Shown here piece after piece: positions 11,836 to 20,407 of a stretch of 64,000 bases of DNA (position 1 is the first letter of the stretch; each line of letters starts with the position of its first letter). Both the position numbers and the translations under genes were made by a program. The notes below the pieces were generated by a model. The model was not told the origin of the DNA and did not search any database. It saw only the letters and a list, made by a program, of their open reading frames with translations. Source of the DNA: Candidatus Binatus soli. Lineage in GTDB: Bacteria > Desulfobacterota > Binatia > Binatales > Binataceae. The DNA is taken from contig DLMJ01000042.1 in NCBI GenBank assembly GCA_002479255.1, positions 16,942 through 80,941 on the forward strand, in the 5' to 3' direction.

Positions 11836-13860
11836 ATGCCGGAACTTGGTAACCTCGCGCTCGCGATCGCGCTGATTCTGGCCGTCTATTCCATCGTCGC
11901 GAATATCTACGGCGCGCGCCGCAATGCGCCCGACTTCGTCGTCAGCGCGCGTCACGCGATATGGTCGATGTGCGCGATGGTCACGATTGCGGTCGTCGTG
12001 CTGTGGGTGGCCCTGCTGCGCAGCGACTTCTCGCTCGAGTACGTCGCCACATATTCCAGCACCACACTCCCGACCGCTTACAAAATCACCGCGCTATGGG
12101 CCGGGCAGCAGGGCTCGCTGATGCTCTGGACCTGGTTGCTGGCGATCTTCACGTCGGTAGCCGCCTTTCAGAATCGCCGCCGCAATCCCGACACCGCGCC
12201 CTACGCGCTGGCCGTGCTGGCCGGCGTCGCGATTTTCTTTCTGTTGATGCTGAATTTCGTCACCCGTCCGTTCGATCTGCTCGCGACGATTCCCGCCGAA
12301 GGTTCCGACCTCAATCCACTGTTGCAGAACTATTGGATGGCGATACATCCGCCGTCTCTCTACATCGGCTACGTCAGCGCATCTGTTCCGTTCGCATTCG
12401 GCGCCGCCGCGCTCATCACCGGCAAACTCGACGACGGATGGATTCGCTCGACGCGCCGATGGGCGATTTTTTCCTGGTTCTTTCTGACTCTCGGCAATCT
12501 GTTCGGCGCCCGCTGGGCCTACGAAGTTCTCGGCTGGGGCGGTTACTGGGCCTGGGACCCGGTCGAGAACGCAGCCTTCATGCCGTGGCTCGTGATGACC
12601 GCGTACCTGCATTCGGTGATGATCCAGGAACGCAAGGACATGCTGAAGATCTGGAACCTGTCGCTGATTGGACTCGCATTCGAACTCACGCTGTTCGGCA
12701 CTTTCATCACGCGCAGCGGCGTCATCTCGTCGGTGCATTCGTTCACGCAATCCGGCCTCGGTCCATACTTCCTCAGCTTCCTGGCAGCGGTGACGCTCGC
12801 CTACACCGCACTTTTGATTTACCGCTCGAAGCAATTGCGCAGTCCCGCCGAATTTGAGTCGTATCTGTCGCGCGAGGCCGCGTTTTTGTTCAACAACCTC
12901 ATACTGGTCGGGATCACGTTCGCCGTTTTCTGGGGCACCGTCTTTCCCGTGCTGTCGGAGGCGGTGCGTGGCGTGAAGATTACCGTCGGACCGCCGTTCT
13001 TCAATCGCGTCATCGCACCGCTGGCGCTCGGGCTGGTGTTCCTGACGGGCATCGGGCCGCTGATCGCGTGGCGGCGCACGACCACTGACAATCTTGTGCG
13101 CAGTTTCGCCGCGCCCGTCGCGATTGGCGTCGTGACCGGGATCATCGCCGCCGCTGCCGGTTTGCGCCAATGGTACGTGCTGACCGCCCTCTCTTTGGCC
13201 GCGTTCGTGATGGGCACCGTACTCGTCGAGTTTCGCCGCGGGATGAACGCGCGCCGCCACATGCTGGCCGAGCCGCCCGCCAAAGCGCTCGTCAATCTCG
13301 TTGCCAAGAACAACCGCCGCTACGGCGGCTACGTCATCCACGTCGGCGTGGTCGTCGCGTTCATCGGAATCGTCGGCTCGTCGTTCTTCCGCACCGAAGT
13401 AAAAAAGAGCGTGCACGCGGGCGACAGCTTTACGATCGGTTCGTACACTCTGCGCTTCCTGGGTCTCTCGGAGGTCGACACGCCTCATCTCGCGAGCGCG
13501 ACCGCACGCGTCGAGGTGCTGAGCGCTGACGGCCGCGAAATCACCGTGATGTCGCCGGCGAAGCTTTTCTTCATACGGGCGCAGCAGCCCGCGACCGAAG
13601 TCGCAATCCGCTCCACTCCCTTAAGCGACCTCTATGTTGTGCTCGCCGGAATCGACGACAGCGGTCAGACCGCGACCTTCGAAGTGTTTTTGACGCCCCT
13701 GGTCTTCTGGCTGTGGGCCGGCGGCCTGCTGATGGTGCTCGGCACTGTGATTGTGATGTGGCCCAACGTGCGCGAGCGCGCCGCAATCGCGACCGTGCTG
13801 AGCCGCTCGTCCACCGCCGCGCGCGAACTCAACGACGTGGCCGCTCCCGGGGGTGATTGA
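11836..13860 (+). CDS. ccmF: Cytochrome c-type biogenesis protein CcmF (heme lyase component)
   Basis: 674-aa polytopic membrane protein with WWD-family motifs typical of CcmF. Confidence 0.95.
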   Translation: MPELGNLALAIALILAVYSIVANIYGARRNAPDFVVSARHAIWSMCAMVTIAVVVLWVALLRSDFSLEYVATYSSTTLPTAYKITALWAGQQGSLMLWTWLLAIFTSVAAFQNRRRNPDTAPYALAVLAGVAIFFLLMLNFVTRPFDLLATIPAEGSDLNPLLQNYWMAIHPPSLYIGYVSASVPFAFGAAALITGKLDDGWIRSTRRWAIFSWFFLTLGNLFGARWAYEVLGWGGYWAWDPVENAAFMPWLVMTAYLHSVMIQERKDMLKIWNLSLIGLAFELTLFGTFITRSGVISSVHSFTQSGLGPYFLSFLAAVTLAYTALLIYRSKQLRSPAEFESYLSREAAFLFNNLILVGITFAVFWGTVFPVLSEAVRGVKITVGPPFFNRVIAPLALGLVFLTGIGPLIAWRRTTTDNLVRSFAAPVAIGVVTGIIAAAAGLRQWYVLTALSLAAFVMGTVLVEFRRGMNARRHMLAEPPAKALVNLVAKNNRRYGGYVIHVGVVVAFIGIVGSSFFRTEVKKSVHAGDSFTIGSYTLRFLGLSEVDTPHLASATARVEVLSADGREITVMSPAKLFFIRAQQPATEVAIRSTPLSDLYVVLAGIDDSGQTATFEVFLTPLVFWLWAGGLLMVLGTVIVMWPNVRERAAIATVLSRSSTAARELNDVAAPGGD

Positions 13861-14389
13861 ATCTGTGCGTTCGCAATTCGCATTTGCACCGTCGCTGCGG
13901 TTTGCGTTCATCGTCGTCGCACTCTTCGTTTTAGTTTCCCCTGAACTAAAAAATGTTTCACGTGAAACATTTGCAAAGGAAACCCCAACCAATGCGGAGG
14001 TTTCCGAAGGATTAACCTGCCAATGCGGATGCGGTCTCACCGTCGCCAACTGCAATATGCCGACCTGCGGCTTTTCAGTGCCGCTCCGCGCCGAGATGGA
14101 CGGCATGATCCGCAAAGGGATGAGCCGTGCGCAGATAATTGCCTTCTATCGCCACAAGTACGGCGAGAAAGTCCTGTCCTCGCCGACCACTGAGGGCTTC
14201 AATCTGCTCGCCTGGACGATGCCTTTCATCGCGCTCGTACTCGGCGGCGGCTTGATGGTGCTCGTGGTCGGGCGATGGCGCTCCAATTCGCCGTCTGCGC
14301 CGTCCGGCTCGAAACCGGCCGTGGAGCCGTCGTCATTCGATCCCGAACTCAGGCGCAGACTCGAAAACGAACTCAAGGAGCGCAGATAA
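13853..14389 (+). CDS. ccmH: Cytochrome c-type biogenesis protein CcmH (CxxC-type)
   Basis: LTCQCGCGLTVANCN redox motif and MDGMIRKGMSRAQIIAFYRHKYGEKV. GTG start overlapping ccmF by 8 nt. Confidence 0.8.
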   Translation: MIESVRSQFAFAPSLRFAFIVVALFVLVSPELKNVSRETFAKETPTNAEVSEGLTCQCGCGLTVANCNMPTCGFSVPLRAEMDGMIRKGMSRAQIIAFYRHKYGEKVLSSPTTEGFNLLAWTMPFIALVLGGGLMVLVVGRWRSNSPSAPSGSKPAVEPSSFDPELRRRLENELKERR

Positions 14390-14392
14390 CCG

Positions 14393-14923
14393 GTGTTCAT
14401 TCTTGCCGCCGCGCTGATTGTCGCCGGAGTCGCGCTGTTCGTGGCGGCTCCGCTCGGCATCGGGCTCGCCGGAGTGCGCGCCAAGTCGCCGGGCGAGCTT
14501 CAAGTGGAGCGCCACGAGCATGAACGCGCGCTGGCGGTGCAGGGTCTTCGCGAACTCGAGTTCGATCGCGAGATGGGCAAGTTGTCTGACGCGGACTACG
14601 ATTCGATGCACAAGGCGCTCGAGGAGCGGGCGCTGACCGCGATGGCCGCGGTCGAGAATTTCCGCCTCCAGACCGACAAAGCCGCAAACCCGAAGAAACT
14701 TTCCTCAACACCTTTGACGCAAGCGCCGCGCCGCGCCGACGCCGTGCCGACGCCCGTCGTGCACGCCGAACCGCCACAGCCGCCGCAATCCTCGCCGGCG
14801 CCGTCGCGCAAGATTCGCTTCTGTTCGAAATGCGGAACGCGCGCCGCGGCCGACTCGAAGTTCTGCGCGCAATGCGGCATCGCGATCAAGCCAATGGGCG
14901 GCGCGGCCGCCTGGACTGAGTGA
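14393..14923 (+). CDS. CcmI N-terminal-module-like membrane protein with a C-terminal zinc ribbon (CxxC-x10-CxxC)
   Basis: TM helix plus a leucine-zipper-like segment resembling the CcmI/CycH N-terminus; no TPR region; ends CSKCG...CAQCG. Confidence 0.6.
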   Translation: MFILAAALIVAGVALFVAAPLGIGLAGVRAKSPGELQVERHEHERALAVQGLRELEFDREMGKLSDADYDSMHKALEERALTAMAAVENFRLQTDKAANPKKLSSTPLTQAPRRADAVPTPVVHAEPPQPPQSSPAPSRKIRFCSKCGTRAAADSKFCAQCGIAIKPMGGAAAWTE

Positions 14924-15624
14924 TGTCGGCGCCCGTTGTCGAGACTCGCAGCCTGGCAAAGGCTTACGGTCTGGCGCCCGTCCTGCGCGAAGTGCAATTA
15001 CGGCTGCTGGCGGGTACGGGCGCGTTTATAGTTGGCGGCAACGGCGCCGGGAAATCCACCCTGCTGCGAATCCTGGCCGGACTCGAAGCACCGAGCGCCG
15101 GCCACGCCCTGGTCTTCGGGCAGGACACGCGCAGACTCGCGGCCCGCTATCGGCGCCGAATCGGCCTGATGGCGCATCAGAGTTTCCTCTACCCGAATCT
15201 GACCGCGCGGGAGAATCTCGAATTCTACGGTGAACTGTATTCCCTCGCCGACCCGCGTGCGTCCGCCCATCAATGGCTCGGCCGGGTCGGACTGGCCGAC
15301 GCTGCCGATATCCGGGTGCGTGCGTTCTCGCGCGGGATGGAGCAGCGCCTCTCTGCCGCGCGCGCGATGCTTGCCGAGCCTGCTCTGCTGCTGCTCGACG
15401 AGCCGTTTGCGTCGCTCGACCATGACGGCGCCGAAATCGTCGCGGCGCTGATTCGCGGCGCTATCGAACGCGGCGCCTGCGTGCTGGCAACCACTCATGG
15501 AATCCCCGAAATAGACGGCGTCGAGTTGGCGGTCTTCGAAATCTCGCGCGGCCGCCTGATGCAGCATGCGCGTAAGGAGGAGGTCCGGCGCGGCGGGCGA
15601 ATCCGCTCGCTGCTGGGCAGATAG
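14920..15624 (+). CDS. ccmA: Heme exporter ATP-binding protein CcmA
   Basis: ABC ATPase with Walker A GGNGAGKST; operon position before ccmB. Confidence 0.9.
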   Translation: MMSAPVVETRSLAKAYGLAPVLREVQLRLLAGTGAFIVGGNGAGKSTLLRILAGLEAPSAGHALVFGQDTRRLAARYRRRIGLMAHQSFLYPNLTARENLEFYGELYSLADPRASAHQWLGRVGLADAADIRVRAFSRGMEQRLSAARAMLAEPALLLLDEPFASLDHDGAEIVAALIRGAIERGACVLATTHGIPEIDGVELAVFEISRGRLMQHARKEEVRRGGRIRSLLGR

Positions 15625-15629
15625 AAGCC

Positions 15630-16301
15630 GTGTCGGGCTTTGCCGCCGTCCTGCGCAAGGACCTGCGCCTCGAGCTCCGCAGCGGCGAGAGCACGCTGGC
15701 GCTGCTTGCGCTCTCGATGCTGGTGCTGGTGGTGCTGGTCTTCGCGCTCGGCGCGGCGCGCGTGCGCAGCGTCGACGCGGCGGCGGGCGCGCTGTGGGTG
15801 GCGATGGTGTTCGCGGGGATGCTGGGCGCCAATCGCGCGCTGCTCGCGGAGCGCGACAACGGCGCGATTCGCGGTCTGCTGCTCAGCCCGCTCGATCCCT
15901 CCACACTCTACGCCGCGAAACTCTGCGCTGCGTTGATCTTCATGGCGGTGGCCGAGGTTGGCGCGGTCATCCTGATGGTGTTGTTCTTCAATCTCGACTT
16001 CGACGCATCGATGGCGCGGCTGGCTCCGATTCTGGCGCTGGGCGCGGTCGGATTTTCCGCGCTGGCCACCCTGCTCTCCGCAATCACGGGACGCACTCGC
16101 GGCGGCGATATGCTATTGCCGATTCTGGCCGTGCCGATTTTCGTGCCGGCGCTGATTGCGGGCGTCAAGGCGAGTGCAGCCGCGCTCGCCGGCGCGCCGT
16201 TTGAGTCGATGGGCGACTGGCTGAAGATCATGATCGCGTTCGACGTGCTGTTCGTCTCCGCCGGTTACCTGCTGTTCGAGCATGTGGTAGGCGGGGACTG
16301 A
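15630..16301 (+). CDS. ccmB: Heme exporter permease CcmB
   Basis: 223-aa 6-TM protein typical of CcmB; GTG start 5 nt after ccmA. Confidence 0.9.
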   Translation: MSGFAAVLRKDLRLELRSGESTLALLALSMLVLVVLVFALGAARVRSVDAAAGALWVAMVFAGMLGANRALLAERDNGAIRGLLLSPLDPSTLYAAKLCAALIFMAVAEVGAVILMVLFFNLDFDASMARLAPILALGAVGFSALATLLSAITGRTRGGDMLLPILAVPIFVPALIAGVKASAAALAGAPFESMGDWLKIMIAFDVLFVSAGYLLFEHVVGGD

Positions 16302-16325
16302 CCAAAGGAAAAGACCGGTGGCCCC

Positions 16326-17039
16326 ATGAACAACCCCACGATTCGCAACTGGCTCGGATTCTCGACGCTGGCCCTGATGCTGGCGTCACTGTTCATGGTC
16401 TTCGACTACGTTCCCCCCGATGCCGAGATGGGAATCGCCCAGTTGATCTTTTATTTTCACGTCCCGCTCGCCTGGGTCGCGTTCGCGTCGTTCGGGCTGG
16501 TCGCGATAGCCGGGATATTTTACCTGTGGCTCGGCGATCAGCTCTGGGACGATCTCGGCTACGCCGCCGCCGAAACCGGAATGGTCTTCTGCACGCTGAT
16601 GATTGTCGCGGGTTCGATTTGGGCCAAGCCGATTTGGGGCACGTGGTGGACGTGGGACTCGCGGCTGACGATGACTTTTATCCTGTGGCTGATGTACGGC
16701 GGCTACCTGATGCTGCGCGCCAGCGCCGATGACACGCCGCAGGTGGCCCGCTTCGGCGCGGTGATTGGAATCGTCGCCGCGCTGGACGTGCCGATCGTTA
16801 TCGTGTCGGTGCGGATGTGGCGCACGATACATCCCGCGGTGCTGGTTACCAAGCAGGGCACTCATGGCTTGGAGGATCCGCGGATGATCTGGACGCTGAT
16901 GGTGTGCCTGGCGGCATTTACCGCGTTGTGGGCGTGGCTCCTGATGCTGCGATTCACACAGTTGCGGACGCGAAGCAGGATGGGCAGGCTGTCCAGCAGG
17001 ATCGCGTTCGCGACCGCGGCGGCATCCGACCCCAAGTAA
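16326..17039 (+). CDS. ccmC: Heme exporter protein CcmC
   Basis: WWD domain WGTWWTWDSRLT. Confidence 0.95.
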   Translation: MNNPTIRNWLGFSTLALMLASLFMVFDYVPPDAEMGIAQLIFYFHVPLAWVAFASFGLVAIAGIFYLWLGDQLWDDLGYAAAETGMVFCTLMIVAGSIWAKPIWGTWWTWDSRLTMTFILWLMYGGYLMLRASADDTPQVARFGAVIGIVAALDVPIVIVSVRMWRTIHPAVLVTKQGTHGLEDPRMIWTLMVCLAAFTALWAWLLMLRFTQLRTRSRMGRLSSRIAFATAAASDPK

Positions 17040-17052
17040 TGGAGTTGAGTTG

Positions 17053-17244
17053 ATGGGAGCACATTTTGGATACCTGTTCGCCGCGTACAGCATCATCTTC
17101 ATCGTGATTTTCCTGTACGTAATGTTCATCTGGCGCCGCCAGGCGGCGCTTGACGCGGAACTTCGCACGCTGGAGGCGCGGATGGCGGCGCTGGCGGAGC
17201 GGTCGGCGGCCGGCGGTCCAACGGAGCCGCAATCCGAGGCTTGA
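17053..17244 (+). CDS. ccmD: Heme exporter protein CcmD (small single-TM protein)
   Basis: 64-aa hydrophobic protein directly after ccmC; GGAG 8 nt upstream of ATG 17053. Confidence 0.65.
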   Translation: MGAHFGYLFAAYSIIFIVIFLYVMFIWRRQAALDAELRTLEARMAALAERSAAGGPTEPQSEA

Positions 17245-17263
17245 ACCGGGTTCGCGCGGCGCA

Positions 17264-17287
17264 ACTTGCTAATCGAGCATAGCAAGT
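17264..17287. promoter_or_regulatory. 8-bp perfect inverted repeat ACTTGCTA-N8-TAGCAAGT between ccmD and cbpA; candidate operator or stem-loop
   Basis: Read directly; followed by a second small palindrome GTAACtgagGTTAC. Confidence 0.3.
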
Positions 17288-17334
17288 AGGGTATAGTAAC
17301 TGAGGTTACGAATGTTGCCGACTGAGTATTCCGG

Positions 17335-18468
17335 ATGGAATTTCGCGACTACTACAAAACTCTCGGCGTCGATCGGAAAGCCAGCGGGGCGGAAATCAAG
17401 AGCGCCTACCGCAAGCTCGCCCGCAAATTCCATCCCGACGTAAATCCCAACAACAAGGATGCCGAGGCCAAATTCAAGCAACTGAACGAGGCCTACCAGG
17501 TCATCGGCGACGCCGACAAGCGCAAGAAGTACGACGAGCTCGGCGCCGACTGGGAGCACGGCGTATCGCAGGAAGAGATGATGCGCCGCTATGCGCGGCA
17601 GCAATCGCCGGCCGGCGCGGGCGCGGGCGCAGACTTCGGCGGCGGCGATTTCAGCGATTTCTTTTCGCAATTCTTCGGCGGCGGCGCAGCGGCCGGTTTT
17701 GGACATAGCGCCGGCAGGCGCCGGGGTTCGTCGCGCGGATTTTCCGGCTTCGATTTCGAGACCAGCGGCGCGGGCGCCGAGCCGGCGCGCGCGCCGGATC
17801 TTCGCGCCGAAGTCAGAATCCCGCTCGTCGATGCCGTCAAGGGCGCGAAGCGGCGGCTCGATCTCGTCGCCGAGGACGAATGCGCCACCTGCCGCGGCAG
17901 CGGGATGATCGCGCGCGAGGAAAAGCAGGGCAAGGCGCGCGTGATTCGCTCCGCCGAGCCATGTCCGACCTGCGGCGGAGGTGGCGTGGTGCAGGCACGG
18001 CGCACGCTCGAAGTCACAATCCCGGCGGGCGTGGCGGACGGCACGCAGTTGCGCTTGAAGGGGCAGGGCGGCCGCGCACCGCGTCCCGATCAGAATGGCG
18101 ATCTCTTCCTGACGGTCAGAATCGAACCGAACCCGGTGTTTGCGCTTGCAGGCCGCGACCTCCGCGTCGATTTACCGGTGTGGGACTACGAAGCGGCGCT
18201 CGGCGCCGAAATCACCGTGCCGACGGTTGACGGGCGCGTGTCGCTCAAGATTCCGGCCGCAAGCCAGGCGGGACGGGTGATGCGGCTGCGCGGGCGGGGA
18301 CTGCCGGCGCACGGCAAGGAGCCGGCGGGGGACCTGCTCTACGAACTGAAGGTGCTCGCGCCGACCGACTTGAGCGCCAAGGAGCGCGAGCTCATGCAGC
18401 AATTGGCCGATAGTCTGAAGGCGCGCGGGATTGCCGATCCGCGGGCGGAACTGATGGCGTCGAAATGA
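17335..18468 (+). CDS. cbpA: DnaJ-family co-chaperone, CbpA-like (J domain, G/F-rich region, partial CxxCxGxG zinc centre, C-terminal substrate domains)
   Basis: YYKTLGV...HPDVN J-domain with HPD motif; followed by a cbpM-like gene. Confidence 0.85.
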   Translation: MEFRDYYKTLGVDRKASGAEIKSAYRKLARKFHPDVNPNNKDAEAKFKQLNEAYQVIGDADKRKKYDELGADWEHGVSQEEMMRRYARQQSPAGAGAGADFGGGDFSDFFSQFFGGGAAAGFGHSAGRRRGSSRGFSGFDFETSGAGAEPARAPDLRAEVRIPLVDAVKGAKRRLDLVAEDECATCRGSGMIAREEKQGKARVIRSAEPCPTCGGGGVVQARRTLEVTIPAGVADGTQLRLKGQGGRAPRPDQNGDLFLTVRIEPNPVFALAGRDLRVDLPVWDYEAALGAEITVPTVDGRVSLKIPAASQAGRVMRLRGRGLPAHGKEPAGDLLYELKVLAPTDLSAKERELMQQLADSLKARGIADPRAELMASK

Positions 18469-18484
18469 TGCGGAGCTGAATACG

Positions 18485-18796
18485 GTGGCGCGGCGATCTT
18501 CATCTACAGGCTCGACTTCGATGCATCGACGCACCGATCGCGGCAAAGTGGTCCTGATGAGCAGGAGCGTGTTCTGCTCGATAGGCGGAATCAGCGAACG
18601 CGAGTTGGCGTCGTGGGAGCGCGAGGATCTGATCGCGCCGGTTCGAGTGGAGCAAGTGCGCGGACGGCCGGACGCGCTGTACGATCGCGAAGCGCTGCGC
18701 CGGGTTCGTGTGATTCGCACGCTCGGCGAGGAACTCGAAGTGAATATCCCGGGGATCGGCGTGATCCTGCATTTGCTGGATCAACTGGGGCGGTAG
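18485..18796 (+). CDS. cbpM: Chaperone modulatory protein CbpM (MerR-like HTH)
   Basis: Similarity to E. coli CbpM (FC..GIS..EL, PGIGVILHLLDQL); start could instead be the internal Met at 18521 or 18557. Confidence 0.7.
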   Translation: MARRSSSTGSTSMHRRTDRGKVVLMSRSVFCSIGGISERELASWEREDLIAPVRVEQVRGRPDALYDREALRRVRVIRTLGEELEVNIPGIGVILHLLDQLGR

Positions 18797-18919
18797 AGGC
18801 GAGGGCGAGGGGAAATCACTTTATTTGATGCGAAACCCGCCGTGGCTTTCAGCAGGGCGAAGCCCGCATGTTTATCTTAACATTGGGTGCAGGGGTCACC
18901 CCTGCTAATCTCGTCCGTG

Positions 18920-20356
18920 ATGGGTCGGGATGCTGAAAAGACAGTAGTCGGCGCGATCGAGGCGGCGCTTGCGCGGGCGGGGGTGCGTCGGGGCGCATCT
19001 ATACTGATCGGACTTTCCGGCGGGGCTGATTCGGTTGCGCTTACCTGCGCGCTGCTTGAGCTTCGCGAGAGGCTGGGACCCCGGGTTGCGGCGGCGCATT
19101 TGAACCATCGGATTCGAGGGGATGAATCCGATCGCGACGAAGCATTCGTGCGCGCTATGTGCGCGCGACTTGGTGTCGAATTGATCGTCGAACGCGCCGA
19201 GGGACTCGACGCGGCGATTTCCAGCGCGAACCTGGAGGAGCGGGCGCGCGAGGTCCGCCGCGATTTTCTTGGGCGCGTTGCGGACCGTATCGGAGCCGAC
19301 TTTCTTGCGCTCGGGCACCATCGGGACGACCAGGCCGAGACGGTGCTGATGCGCCTGATGCGCGGCGCGGGGGCGGCTGGGATGGCGGCGATGGCCGAGC
19401 GCGGGCCGGGTCGGTTGATTCGCCCGATGCTGTCGATTTCGCGCGCCGACATTCGCGGCTACCTGGACGCGCGCGCGATTGCGTTCGTGGAAGATTCGAC
19501 GAATTCGTCGCGCGACATTCTGCGCAACCGGATTCGCGCCGAACTGCTCCCGATGCTCGAGCGCGAGTACGCGCCGGGGCTTGGCGGGCGGCTGGTGGAA
19601 GTTGCGGCCGAGATGCGCTCGCTCGACGACCTCGTCGCGGCGATTGCCGCGCGCGAATTGGATGCGGCGCGTCGGCGCGGCGGCGCGCTCGACGTGTCGG
19701 GATTCAGCGGGGTGAATCGCGCGGTGCAAGCGGTTGCGATTCGGCTGTTTCTCTCCGAGCGGATGGGATCTTTGCGCAAGATTTCGCGCGCGCATATCGA
19801 GGCTGTCCGCCAACTGATACTCGAAGGCGGTCCGAGCGACTCGCTCGATCTTCCGGGCGGCTGGCGCGCCGAGCGCGAGTACAATTTTTTTCGGCTGGTT
19901 CATTCGCGGGCCGGGAGTAAAACCGGCGCCGCTGGATTCTCGGTTGCGATTGCGGCGCACGGAATCACAGTCGTCGAGGCGGCGGGTTTCAAGTTCGAGG
20001 CTTCGACGAATCCGGCCGCGGCCGGCGCCGCCGCGGACGCGTCGATGCCGGATAGTTTGCTTTCGTCTTCGTTGGTCGCAATGTTCGATGCTGCGGAAAT
20101 CGCGGACGCGGGCTTGGTCGCACGCAATTTTATGAAGGGCGACAGGATGCATCCGATGGGGATGCGTGGCACGCGGAAGGTCCATGACGTGTTTGTAGAT
20201 CGCAAGTGGCCACGGGCCAGGCGCGAGCGCTTCCCGGTCGTCACGGTCGGCGGCGAAATCGCGTGGCTGCCGGGGCTTGCGCGCGCAGACTGTGCGCTCG
20301 TGACCAAGGCCACCGAAACCGTACTGCGAGTTGAGGCGCGCGAAATCGCCGCTTAG
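18920..20356 (+). CDS. tilS: tRNA(Ile)-lysidine synthetase
   Basis: PP-loop SGGADS motif and a TilS C-terminal domain; the track ORF starts at 18887, the Met at 18920 fits the family N-terminus better. Confidence 0.85.
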   Translation: MGRDAEKTVVGAIEAALARAGVRRGASILIGLSGGADSVALTCALLELRERLGPRVAAAHLNHRIRGDESDRDEAFVRAMCARLGVELIVERAEGLDAAISSANLEERAREVRRDFLGRVADRIGADFLALGHHRDDQAETVLMRLMRGAGAAGMAAMAERGPGRLIRPMLSISRADIRGYLDARAIAFVEDSTNSSRDILRNRIRAELLPMLEREYAPGLGGRLVEVAAEMRSLDDLVAAIAARELDAARRRGGALDVSGFSGVNRAVQAVAIRLFLSERMGSLRKISRAHIEAVRQLILEGGPSDSLDLPGGWRAEREYNFFRLVHSRAGSKTGAAGFSVAIAAHGITVVEAAGFKFEASTNPAAAGAAADASMPDSLLSSSLVAMFDAAEIADAGLVARNFMKGDRMHPMGMRGTRKVHDVFVDRKWPRARRERFPVVTVGGEIAWLPGLARADCALVTKATETVLRVEAREIAA

Positions 20357-20407
20357 CGCATGCCACGTTGCGTGCGGGTCAACGCGCGTGATACTTTGTC
20401 TTATAGC

